Positions 17,791-27,412 of a stretch of DNA of 32,000 nucleotides are shown here, piece after piece. Numbering within the stretch: position 1 is the first letter of the stretch; each line of letters starts with the position of its first letter. The DNA is from Paramicrosporidium saccamoebae KSL3. Lineage: Eukaryota > Fungi > Cryptomycota. The stretch lies in the NCBI GenBank assembly GCA_002794465.1, contig MTSL01000014.1, positions 57,610 through 89,609 of the forward strand. Reading direction: 5' to 3'. Below the pieces are notes generated by a model, which was not told the DNA's origin, searched no databases, and worked only from the letters and a program-made list of their open reading frames with translations. A program made the position numbers and the translations under genes.

Positions 17791-18178
17791 CTAATTCCGG
17801 CCACGTCCCCGTCCTCGGCCTCTAGCTCTTGGCCGAGTACTGCCTCTACCCCTTACAATCGCCAACGGCTCTTTCCTATCTGCCTTTGGCCGATCATCCA
17901 CTAGCAAGGCCTCCAGAGACAACGCCTCTGGCAGCAAATAGTGTCGGATACTGTTCCCGCGGATGGAGAGGTTGTCCAGATGCGATGCTGTTCCGCGGGT
18001 CGTCAGTTTGACGTTTTTCAAGTGAGTGTTCATGTGTACGTCAAGGCCGACAATGGTACCGTGCGCAACCGTGCCGTTCTTTAGCTCAATGGTGACAGTT
18101 TCATTACTCAGTTTCATTAGGAACCTACATGTATGCATGAGAAAAGGAGCAGTGGTGGTAGTACCGGACGAGCTTCAT
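17791..18178 (-). CDS. SMD1: Small nuclear ribonucleoprotein Sm D1, 2 exons (18165..18178, 17791..18124; 115 aa)
   Basis: Splicing restores the canonical [23 protein letters not shown]. Sm2 motif [11 protein letters not shown] and an RG-repeat tail are present. Confidence 0.95.
18125..18164 (-). other. Spliceosomal intron, 40 nt (SMD1)
   Basis: GTACTA...CATGTAG. Joins MKLV-R-FLMK. Confidence 0.92.
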
Positions 18179-18253
18179 GATAAAAATATATTAATCTGTT
18201 TATTCTTTTCTCTGTCGTTTTGGAGTCCGTGAATTGGGGGTAGTCTAAAAATG

Positions 18254-19545
18254 TTAAAACATGGAGAGGGCTACAGAGTTTGAGGTGGACGGGGCTGTGG
18301 GTGTGTTTAATCGTGGAACGGGAGATGGAGGACGAGAGGGTCTTCGACTTGTAGACTCGGATTTTAACGCCACTGAAGTAACACCCATCAGTGCATCCAG
18401 ATTCTTCTGAGCCTCTGCCATCTTGGCAAGTAATCCACGCAGCTCATCAAATTTTTTACAGACCTGCACAGTCGGCACAACTGGCCGATTTACTATAAAC
18501 TTTAGCGTAAGAAGCAGGAAATTACAGAGACCCTTTTCTTGCAACAATTTATCCACATGTCGGGTCAATCCAACCCGGATCGTCTTTAAATCAGCACTCC
18601 TCACCAGCGTATTTGCCGTCACAGGCTTTGGCTTTCTGCCCACATGAGACGGACCTGCCTGTCCATAGATCTCGCTTTCCTCAGTCGCCTGTCCAGCCCT
18701 CCTCTTTCTTGCCTCCTTCCTGGCCGCATTCTTTTTGCTATTCTTGCTATCCACGCTTTTCCTTCGCATTCCCAACAACTCGGGAAGGGTCTGTGCGTGG
18801 GCGAGGAGCTGCTGGCCTAGTCCTCCGCAGGTCAGTAAAAGTCTCTCACGGGCTTGTGTTATGGCGGGGAGGTCCAGTCGCATGGCAGAGAGGAGGGAGG
18901 AGAGCAATGCTTCTTCTCTGAGAGAGTCTGAATCGCGTGGTTGAGAGATGGTGAGACGACGATGACGATCTCCTTCCTTGTCATATGTATAGGAGGGCTC
19001 ACCACGGAGGCTGGACAGCTTTGCCTCGACTTGGTAGTACCGCTCCCGCATATCCTCCATGCTACGTAAACTGCCGTCAAAATTGTAGCGGTCAGCAACA
19101 AGAACGAAGCGACAATTGAATTGGTTGCAGAGGTCGAACAAATAGTCAGTTTCTTTGCGACTCCAATCCTCGCACCGCAAGTGCGTCTCGTACACATCGT
19201 CCGTGTAAGGCAAGCAAGCAATAACGTTAGGCTCTGTAGCAGTAATCATGGCATTCTCAGGTTGCCACCGTCGGCCCAAACCGACGTTTTGGTAGCACCA
19301 CCGGCGAGGCCTTGTAGAGTAATGTCCACTTTCCAGCGAGACGGCGGGAACCAGCGGTGCTGCACATTAGACTGCACTGAGGGCTTACCTGCGTCGTGAT
19401 AATTCGCGGCATGACGCTCAAGCAGAAAGAGACTTCGGGAGGGTAACATGTATGGTACGACTGCGGCTTCAGACATGAACAGCCTGGCCAGCGCACTTGC
19501 TCTAGGAATAGGTTTATTTGGAATGATCACGAGTCCTAACTGCAT
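18254..19545 (-). CDS. SWC4: Swc4/Eaf2/DMAP1 (NuA4/SWR1 subunit); 5' end uncertain
   Basis: SANT-like core PYTDDVYETHL..EDWSRKETDYLFDLCNQFNCRFVLVADRY...RSMEDMRERYY, plus VPTVQVCKKFDELR. One clear 29-nt intron (19360..19388) and one probable 33-nt in-frame intron (18493..18525). The start was chosen as the first in-frame ATG (19545). Confidence 0.85.
18493..18525 (-). other. Probable in-frame, stop-free intron, 33 nt (SWC4 intron 2)
   Basis: GTAATT...CGCTAAAGTTTATAG. Removes the hydrophobic insert CNFLLLTLKFIV and gives EKGL-L-NRPVVPT. Confidence 0.6.
19360..19388 (-). other. Spliceosomal intron, 29 nt (SWC4 intron 1)
   Basis: GTAAGC...GTCTAATGTGCAG. Joins ORF 19246..19563 to the frame of 18254..19279. 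Confidence 0.85.
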
Positions 19546-19963
19546 GATTAGTGTGCTATTCAATGGACAAGTATGAACGGAGCCGCTTTATTTTAATGTG
19601 TACGGAACAGTCTCAATTACTGATTAGTGTAATTTTAGTACCACGTCCCACAATTAATCGCCACAAAGCTCTAGAATTCATAGATTTTTAGAATGTAAAT
19701 TCTAGTTAGGCTCCATTCGAAACGTACTCCAAGCCGGGTGGTCGTCCGTTAGGCTCTTTATAGCCGATGGATAATCTAGGTTTCGTTCATGGGGACACAT
19801 TCAGTCGACAATTCCCAGTGTCAATATACATGAGCGACAGGGAACTATTCACTACCAGTTGGCAGGGACTCGCCAATATAGTGCCCAAACGCTGGGTAGT
19901 CAGCATCCAGCTAAATATTCCACTTCTTCGCAAACATGACCCAATTGAACACGCTCCAAAAAC

Positions 19964-21496
19964 TCAACCATCAGAGACGTCATGTATTAATAGTGAAAAG
20001 ACCATCACAACCATGACAATGCTTGGCACGAAAGAAGACTTCATTCGTGGCATTTGCATTGTCAAATTCAACGGAACATATTGTATCATTTTAGTAAAAT
20101 GACACAAGCCATGTAAAAGTTTAAATATCAAAGGATCGTAAGCATCAGCCCTCTCAAGCCAAGTAAGGGCACCGCGAGGCACCTTGAAATTGACAGACCC
20201 AAGGAACAAAATGTTTGAAAGGATCGTCCGGGCAAAGGCTTTTAACACTACATACGGCTGGTTCATATCATGACGTCCTCTTGGGTTTGATATTATTTGC
20301 ACGATTCTAGTGTGATCGTTAAAAATCTCAGTCAGCGTCTGCAACAGACAATACATAGTTCGACATTGAATGGTACCCTTGTCATTCTGAATGCGTAGCG
20401 CGTGAGGGAGAATTGGATTCACCAAGAGTACTTCCTCAAGGCAGTCGTAGTCAGCCCACCACAGTATCAGATCATCCATACGCTGAACGCTTGAGGAGAC
20501 TTGCAGGACATGACCACCGATTGTGTGTAGATACTGACTCCAGCAGTATACGTAATCCATGACATTGCCGCCAATACTCCTCAGCAGTGGAAATCTCGTG
20601 CGTATTTTTCTCATTTCTACGGCCAATCGTCGATTCGAGCCGGCATTAATTTTCAGATTTTGCTCCGAACAAGTCAGAACGATTTGTTCCAGAAGGAACA
20701 GAGGTATATTATCCACATTGTTCCTCAAAAAGAATTCTAGTAGAAAGCGTCTTACCAGAGAGCGGTCATCACGCGTCGTGCCTCTTAAAAGTATGATCAA
20801 CAACATGGAATGCCAAAAGGTCTGCTCCACTTGTGGCATCATCTCAACGGTATCCTCAAGCAACTGACGTGCTGTGGGATATAAAGTGGCACACACCCCC
20901 ACCACTTGGTAATGGTTCTGGCAAGCAGACCAGATCCTGGACGTATCAAGATCCAGTACTACATGTGCAATACATTTGAGAAGCCCTCGATCTTGGCTAA
21001 ATGGCAAATACCCCAATCTTAGTGCCTGTTGTGCCGCAAAAACGTCCCCAAGGCGCAATCCATCTCGTCCAAGTTTGGAAAAAATAATCTCCATCCTATC
21101 ACTATTAAAGGCGCTCTGATTATCGGCAAGTCGTATTACACCTGGCTGGTACTGAAGTAGATGTCTGCCAATGAAATTTACCATAAATGGGGTGCGGCAT
21201 ACCAGTCGGAATGGGAATACCAGGGCGTGCAGCCCTTTAGTTGAAAAGAATCTCTGCAGTAAAGCCTTTGCGGCACCATTTGGTAGTCGGGACAAGGTGT
21301 AATCGTCGCTGAACCGAAAATCTCTAGTCTGCAGTAGCCTCAGCAGTATTTCTTGCATAGATGGAAACTTGTACTGCCCAGTAGAGAATATTGCCACACG
21401 GGAGCCTTTGGGAATACCATAGTATAGGCCTGCGGGAGTTGTACGTACCCTCAAGCCATGAACAAGCGCTAGGCACAAAAGAAGCGCCCCTATCAT
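19964..21496 (-). CDS. Uncharacterised secreted protein (~510 aa), array-2 paralog 1
   Basis: Likely start MIGALLLCLALVHG at ATG 21496 (upstream ATG at 21535). Carries the family motifs LHALVFPF, YQPG, WWADY, CRTMYC and KAFARTILSNILF. Confidence 0.85.
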   Translation of the reverse strand: MIGALLLCLALVHGLRVRTTPAGLYYGIPKGSRVAIFSTGQYKFPSMQEILLRLLQTRDFRFSDDYTLSRLPNGAAKALLQRFFSTKGLHALVFPFRLVCRTPFMVNFIGRHLLQYQPGVIRLADNQSAFNSDRMEIIFSKLGRDGLRLGDVFAAQQALRLGYLPFSQDRGLLKCIAHVVLDLDTSRIWSACQNHYQVVGVCATLYPTARQLLEDTVEMMPQVEQTFWHSMLLIILLRGTTRDDRSLVRRFLLEFFLRNNVDNIPLFLLEQIVLTCSEQNLKINAGSNRRLAVEMRKIRTRFPLLRSIGGNVMDYVYCWSQYLHTIGGHVLQVSSSVQRMDDLILWWADYDCLEEVLLVNPILPHALRIQNDKGTIQCRTMYCLLQTLTEIFNDHTRIVQIISNPRGRHDMNQPYVVLKAFARTILSNILFLGSVNFKVPRGALTWLERADAYDPLIFKLLHGLCHFTKMIQYVPLNLTMQMPRMKSSFVPSIVMVVMVFSLLIHDVSDG

Positions 21497-21957
21497 TTGT
21501 TTTACGGGAAATTGTTTTCTGAAAGCGTGGCACAATGATGCATGATTGAGGCAATACTGTTGCGTGATGGATTGTTTGCCGCGTCTCTTGCCAATAATGA
21601 GTTTGTTATTGGAAAAACCAAGGCGCGCAGTGGAAGTAGTGACAATATCATCTAGACCACTTTATACATTTTGGTATAACAATGCTGAGTTTACAATGGT
21701 TTGGTTTCTTTGATAATAAGAATTCTTTTGCCTTGTGGCAAAGATCGTGGTGATCACTCCATTGTATGATAATAACGCGTCCTTTATCATTCTTGTTGGT
21801 TCAAAATGGTGGAAACTCTTTTTGTTCCCAATTTACAAGCGTTGCCACAAAGCGCTATCCGATAATCATGTCAGGGTTAGCGAATTACCTGAACCATCAT
21901 TGGTACATCAATGACTACTCGAGTGAGTCCCTAAAACCAGGGGATTGGAGTATTCGA

Positions 21958-23415
21958 CTACTCCACGGCGGGATCCTTTACTACTAGCTCTACCGGAATG
22001 AATGTGGAAACCCAGGTGGGTCTACAGAGATCTTCTAATTGCCGAAATATCAAAGGATCGCCATGTGCCGTGCCAGATAACCAAGATAAAGCCTCAAGGG
22101 GAATTGAAAAGTTTACATTGCCAAGATAGAGAATGTTTGACAAAACAGTGCGCAAAAAAGCGCGAAGGAGAATGGGTGAAACTTGACGTTGTCTCATTTC
22201 TGGTTTTGATACTATATCAACAATCTTTTCTTTGGACATTATCAACACGGTAATCACGTGCAAGAAACATGTGATTGTTGTACACTGGATTGGGTCAGAA
22301 TCACGGATATACAGAGGGCTCGAGAGTTGGGGGTTGACCAGAAGCAATCTCCCAAGACTCTTGTAGCCTCCCCACCAAGAAATCAAGTCTGAATAGCTCT
22401 GCTCGCCCTGTGGGATCCGTAGCTGGCGTCCACTGGAAAGATGCAGCGCATTGCGCCAGCAAGCAATATGATCAAAAATACTGCCACCCAGACTGCGCTT
22501 TATCGGAAATATGCTGCGGAGGGTCCTCGCTACCTCGTCCAACTGCGCGTCTCCTGTAAGCGTCAGTTTGTGTCTGATGCACGTATTTACCATTCGTTCT
22601 AGTAGAAATGGCGGCAGATCCTCTACAGAGTAGCTGTAAAAGTATTCGTGCACAATAATGTTCAGATCAGCGTGTATTTTGGGCTTGCAGGGGATCTTGA
22701 CACTGTCCAGGACAATTAGCAAAAGCATGCCGTACCACATGGCTTGAATAGAACGTGACATGAACGAAGCTTCAATCTCTAATAGCTCTCGGATCCTGCA
22801 GTAGGTAGTCTTCCACTTGCTAGAGTCATGCAAGTTGTCAAACATTGCGCATATTTGATCCACACCTTCCTTTCTTATGGTTAAATCCAGAATCTGCATT
22901 ATACATTGTTGTGTGCTCGAGCCCGGTACAAACGGAAAGTTTCCAAGCTTGATGGCTTCCCTTACTGTCCATATGTCACCATACTGTCTCAAGTTTGAGC
23001 CAATGTTAGCCATGATAAGTTTTAGTTCTTTCTCTCCAAACTGGTTATCGATCAGGTTAACTATTCCGGGATGGTAGTCTTCCAATTTTATGAGCCTCCG
23101 CAAATGAACATTTCGACAGACAAAGTCAAAAGGGAACACTGTAGCGTGCAGTTTGTTGATCTTGAAAAATGCTTGTACCAATGTCATTGCTGCTGCCTCT
23201 GGCAAATGGCAGTGTTTATAGTCATCCTTAAAATCCATCTCCTTCATGGTTAATAATCCCACCAGCGCCATCTGCATTTCTGGGGCTTCGTACATGCCGG
23301 CCGAGAATAATTTCATCCTCGCATGGCTTGTTACTTCGTAATATAATATCGAAGGCGTGATATTCAGCTGTAAGGCGCCCACACGGATGAGGAAGAGTGG
23401 CCAGAATATTTGCAT
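21958..23415 (-). CDS. Uncharacterised secreted protein (485 aa), array-2 paralog 2
   Basis: MQIFWPLFLIRVGA leader. Motifs LHATVFPF, YHPG, SLGG, WWGGY, CTTITC and RAFLRTVLSNILY. Confidence 0.87.
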   Translation of the reverse strand: MQIFWPLFLIRVGALQLNITPSILYYEVTSHARMKLFSAGMYEAPEMQMALVGLLTMKEMDFKDDYKHCHLPEAAAMTLVQAFFKINKLHATVFPFDFVCRNVHLRRLIKLEDYHPGIVNLIDNQFGEKELKLIMANIGSNLRQYGDIWTVREAIKLGNFPFVPGSSTQQCIMQILDLTIRKEGVDQICAMFDNLHDSSKWKTTYCRIRELLEIEASFMSRSIQAMWYGMLLLIVLDSVKIPCKPKIHADLNIIVHEYFYSYSVEDLPPFLLERMVNTCIRHKLTLTGDAQLDEVARTLRSIFPIKRSLGGSIFDHIACWRNALHLSSGRQLRIPQGEQSYSDLISWWGGYKSLGRLLLVNPQLSSPLYIRDSDPIQCTTITCFLHVITVLIMSKEKIVDIVSKPEMRQRQVSPILLRAFLRTVLSNILYLGNVNFSIPLEALSWLSGTAHGDPLIFRQLEDLCRPTWVSTFIPVELVVKDPAVE

Positions 23416-23771
23416 GGTACGCTTGCAAATGACCTTTGCAGCCGCGGTTATTAATATAGCCAGTGTGGGATTGGAAGCAGAGACCCTTTATTGGACCGTA
23501 AATATACTCTCTCACAATTAGCAAGCATTATGGTAATCACTTGGGGTGTGCACGTCCGAACCGATCCAAAATATACTCGTCTTCAATAATCTGTAAGCCT
23601 TCATATGATATTAACCCTCCCCCAATCAAGTATTTTTACTGCAAACTGTACAACTATTATTCTTAAGGGCAAGCATCAGGAAGAACAAGTTTCCCAAGGA
23701 TACACAATGCGACGAGTGGACGCCAGTCTGGATTCATCTCGGACAGAATGCCCAAGTACCACAGCAAGACT

Positions 23772-25232
23772 TTAACGGTATAAAGTAATTGAAGTAATCA
23801 GGTGATTTGGATCACCGAGTACCGTTACTATGCCGTCCGATTGAATGAGCCCAATGCTTATGAATAGGTCAAGTTTAGCCTGCTTAGTTAACAATTTCCT
23901 TAGCATAGACAGCCCAGGTGTACAGCAAACTCGTTTGTGACCCAGACACCGGCGCAGACTATCAGAAACTGGTAGGTTCCCTATTTGTTCACGGTAGAGA
24001 ATGTTGCTGGCTAGTGTGCGTGCATACGCCTTGATGATGACATCACTAACGTTAATAAACTTGTCTTTAATTGGCGAATAGGCATTGACATACACGATCG
24101 ACGTAACTGTGATCATAATTAGAGCCAGTTCATCAAGCAGGCAGGAGATTTCATGACACACCCTTGGGCATCCTCGATGGTCCAAGAAGCTTAGAGGGTC
24201 ATCAAACGTTTGTCTAAATAGTAACGACCGTCCAAGATGGTCGTAATCAGCCCACCACTCAAGCAATTGTGTATGATCTAAAATCACTGTCGGAATCTGA
24301 AGCCGATATCCCCCGATGGCATGCAAATAATATATCCACTGCTTATTGCGTGTGGCCAAATTGCCACCGAAACCGGCGGTACTTGGAAAATGCTTTTGAA
24401 TCTTCAATATTGATGCATCAATTGGGGGAAAGACGGCGCCATTAAACTCTATTTCACATGCAACAATTTCCATGACGAGTTGTGTAATGAGGAATGGAGG
24501 TATATGATCAATTTCAACATTTTCCAGGTACTCTCGAATTGAAGCCCATTTCTGCTTATCAGAGGCTGTGGAGTGCGCAATCATCTGACATAACAGTATT
24601 GTACACCAGGCAGCATATCGAAACTCATTAATCTTATCACGCTGCTCTTCCAGCTCTTCTAACTTTAATTCATAGTCTGACTTGGAGGAAGGGCTAGGGT
24701 GCTCGAAAATTAACCTCGCCCTGTCAAGATCACGAGAAAAATCTCCAATCCTATTATCGAGGGCATAAAAGGCCACACTGCCGTCTCCATAGAGTGTAAT
24801 TTGATCTCCAATGCCCCTGACAATTGCAATTCTATCTTCGGTTGTGAAGATGGAGCGTTTGTCATGGTGAAAGTTCACGACACCTGAATTGTACTCTGAA
24901 AGTCGTGGTTTAACCAGTGTCGCCAGACTGAGATTGTTACAAAGGAGCTTGAATGGAAATACAAACTTGTGCAATGACGGCTTGTCAAAGTAGTGTTGGA
25001 AAATGATACCACTTTGTAGACTAGTGAGCCGACTCCGCTTATAGTCATCAAACAGCGCATACTTTTCATTTGTGAGCAGGGACAAGAAGACGTCCCGCAT
25101 CCCGTGAGTCTCATGGTCAATGGACGCCACCAAGGCAGTACGCGACCCTTTCCGAATATCATAGTATGCAATTTGTAGAGTGATATGCAGCGTGATGCCA
25201 TAAGCGCAGCCAGTCAGTAAGCTCCACCGCAT
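23772..25232 (-). CDS. Uncharacterised secreted protein (486 aa), array-2 paralog 3
   Basis: Short leader MRWSLLTGCAYG. Motifs LHKFVFPF, WWADY, CHEISC and KAYARTLASNILY. Closest to paralog 4. Confidence 0.87.
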   Translation of the reverse strand: MRWSLLTGCAYGITLHITLQIAYYDIRKGSRTALVASIDHETHGMRDVFLSLLTNEKYALFDDYKRSRLTSLQSGIIFQHYFDKPSLHKFVFPFKLLCNNLSLATLVKPRLSEYNSGVVNFHHDKRSIFTTEDRIAIVRGIGDQITLYGDGSVAFYALDNRIGDFSRDLDRARLIFEHPSPSSKSDYELKLEELEEQRDKINEFRYAAWCTILLCQMIAHSTASDKQKWASIREYLENVEIDHIPPFLITQLVMEIVACEIEFNGAVFPPIDASILKIQKHFPSTAGFGGNLATRNKQWIYYLHAIGGYRLQIPTVILDHTQLLEWWADYDHLGRSLLFRQTFDDPLSFLDHRGCPRVCHEISCLLDELALIMITVTSIVYVNAYSPIKDKFINVSDVIIKAYARTLASNILYREQIGNLPVSDSLRRCLGHKRVCCTPGLSMLRKLLTKQAKLDLFISIGLIQSDGIVTVLGDPNHLITSITLYR

Positions 25233-25599
25233 TGTAAATTAACCAGGGATCCGGGGTAGAATACCCGCAGAACAGAGTTGATGGTTTTCGATAAATATTG
25301 TAATGAAAGATTAATCCTGACAAATCGCAGGGAATGGCTCAGTGTGCAATCGTGGTGTGAAAGTATACCCGTAGTCTAGAAATGCCAAGAAGGAATCTTG
25401 GACACTGTTAAAGAGTACTTGATGCATCAACGGCACCAAAAGTCTATATTACAAACACAAGCCCCGAACTACCATTTACAATCGTCTCCAACTCTGCCTC
25501 TTTAAGCGTAATCAACGGGCAGAGAAAGTCTCTAAAAGCCGAAATACAAGATACAGTGAATAGTCCTTGTATTAGTTCCATCTTGATTACAATACCCGA

Positions 25600-27111
25600 T
25601 TACCCCAGTAGAAAGTTAATTATTGTAACGATAACGTGAAAAATCACAGCTTCTGGATCGATGAGCACTTCTAATACGGTACCTAGAGATATCAAACTTG
25701 ATATTGGGCTCGGCCGTGCCGATGTCGCCTGCAGGAGATCAATTCCTATGAACCAGTTCATATTCGCCTGCTCGCATAACAGCCTCCACAGCCAAATCAT
25801 CTCTAATCTAGGGCAAAACGTGACGTCACGCAAACATTGATATAGATCATTGGAAACTGGTAGATTTCCCATATGTTCAAGATATAGAACATTGCTGGCC
25901 AGTGTGCGTGCATATGCCTTGATAATGGCGCCATTAATTTGTACTTCTACTGAAGACTGGTCAATGGCCTGTACAATCGACGTATTTGTAACCAGAATTA
26001 GCGTCAATTCATCGAGCAGACAGGAAATTTCACGACATACCATTGGGACTCCTCGATGATCCAAAAAGCTTAGTGGATCATCAAACGTTCGTCTAAACAG
26101 CAATGATCGTCCGAGATGACTATAAGCAGCCCACCACTCGAGCAGTTGTGTATGATTCAGCATTATTGTCGGGATCTGCAGTCGACATCCACCGATTTCA
26201 TGCAAGTAATCTATCCACTGCTTATTGCGTGTGGGCAGACTACCACCGAGACTTGCCATACCTGGTAATAGTTTTTGAATCTTCAGTATCGCTGCATCAA
26301 TTGGAGGAAAGATGGCATTATTAACAAATAGTTTCAATTTAAAAAGAATGAGCACGAGGTACTTGACGAGGACTGGTGGTACATGATCCATTTCAACAGT
26401 TTCCAGATACTCCCTAATGGAATCTTTTTTCTGTCCATCAGAGTTTGTGGAGTGCATAAGCATGAGGCATAGCAGTTGTGTACGCCAGGCAGCATATCGA
26501 AAACTTCCGATAGCAGCACGTCGTGTCTCCAGTTCCTCCAACCTTAATCCATAATCTGGCTTGGAAAAAGAGCCATACTGCTCAGTCAACGAAAACATCA
26601 GGCCAATATCGTAAGAAAAATCGCCAATTCCACTTTCATAAGCGCAGTATAATATAGCTAAATCTCCGTAAAGTGTTATTCGGTCCGCAATGCTCCTGAC
26701 AATTGCAATTCTGTCCTCCGCTGTGAAAGTGTGGTGTTTGTCAAGGCGGAAGCTCACAACACCTGGCCTGTACTCTGAAAGTCGTGGCCTAATCAGCATC
26801 GCCAAGCTGAGATTGTTACAAAGGAGTTTGAATGGAAACACAAATTCGTGCAATGACGGCTTGTCAAAGTAATGGTGGAAAATAGCGTTGCTCTGCAAGT
26901 TAGTGAGCTGACTCTGCTTATAGTCGTCAAGCAACGAATACTTGTCATTCGTGAGCAATGACAAGAAGATGTTTCTCATCTCGTGAGTTTCATGATCAAT
27001 AGATCCCATCAGAGCAGCACGCAACTCTTTCGGAATATCATAGTACGCTATTTGCATAGTGATACGCAGAGTGATGCCATAAGCACAGCCGGCTAATAAA
27101 TTCCACCACAT
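25600..27111 (-). CDS. Uncharacterised secreted protein (503 aa), array-2 paralog 4, hydrophobic C-terminus
   Basis: Leader MWWNLLAGCAYG. Motifs LHEFVFPF, YRPG, SLGG, WWAAY, CREISC and KAYARTLASNVLY. Ends AVIFHVIVTIINFLLG. Confidence 0.87.
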   Translation of the reverse strand: MWWNLLAGCAYGITLRITMQIAYYDIPKELRAALMGSIDHETHEMRNIFLSLLTNDKYSLLDDYKQSQLTNLQSNAIFHHYFDKPSLHEFVFPFKLLCNNLSLAMLIRPRLSEYRPGVVSFRLDKHHTFTAEDRIAIVRSIADRITLYGDLAILYCAYESGIGDFSYDIGLMFSLTEQYGSFSKPDYGLRLEELETRRAAIGSFRYAAWRTQLLCLMLMHSTNSDGQKKDSIREYLETVEMDHVPPVLVKYLVLILFKLKLFVNNAIFPPIDAAILKIQKLLPGMASLGGSLPTRNKQWIDYLHEIGGCRLQIPTIMLNHTQLLEWWAAYSHLGRSLLFRRTFDDPLSFLDHRGVPMVCREISCLLDELTLILVTNTSIVQAIDQSSVEVQINGAIIKAYARTLASNVLYLEHMGNLPVSNDLYQCLRDVTFCPRLEMIWLWRLLCEQANMNWFIGIDLLQATSARPSPISSLISLGTVLEVLIDPEAVIFHVIVTIINFLLG

Positions 27112-27205
27112 TGGGGATTAACCAGGGATCCCATGTAGGAGATAATCCCGGAAGACTTTATTTATCACAAGCAAGACCAGGAATGACTGTCAAACACCAA
27201 TGGAC

Positions 27206-27401
27206 TCGATAAACAGCCGGTGGATGCGGATGGAGCCAGACATACGAAACGTCACGAGACAACAGGATGAGACAACAAACCACCCTCCCGTACTTTGAAT
27301 TGATCGATAAACAGCCGGTGGATGCGGATCGAGTCAGACATACGAAATGTCGCGAGACAGCAGGATGAGACAACGAACCACCCTCCCGTACTTTGAATTG
27401 A
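27206..27401. repeat. Two tandem 98-bp direct repeats (27206..27303, 27304..27401) flanked by CAATGGAC (27198..27205, 27403..27410)
   Basis: Direct comparison of the two copies shows 6 substitutions in 98 nt and no indels. Confidence 0.93.
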
Positions 27402-27412
27402 TCAATGGACGC

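Noticed and set aside
19590-19730. Two intron-like segments on the minus strand upstream of SWC4 (GTACGT...CCTAACTAG, 26 nt; GTACTA...ACTAATCAG, 22 nt)
   Set aside because: No splicing combination I tried gave an open frame continuous with SWC4. They are shorter than all supported introns, and such motifs are expected by chance. At most they are 5'-UTR introns.
19767-20102. 111-aa plus-strand ORF overlapping the 3' end of array-2 paralog 1
   Set aside because: No recognisable motif, and about 40% overlaps antisense to a better-supported gene. It cannot be excluded without expression data, but is unsupported.
27158-27373. 71-aa minus-strand ORF spanning the 98-bp repeats
   Set aside because: It lies within the duplicated non-coding sequence, its two halves are read in different frames, and it has no recognisable features.
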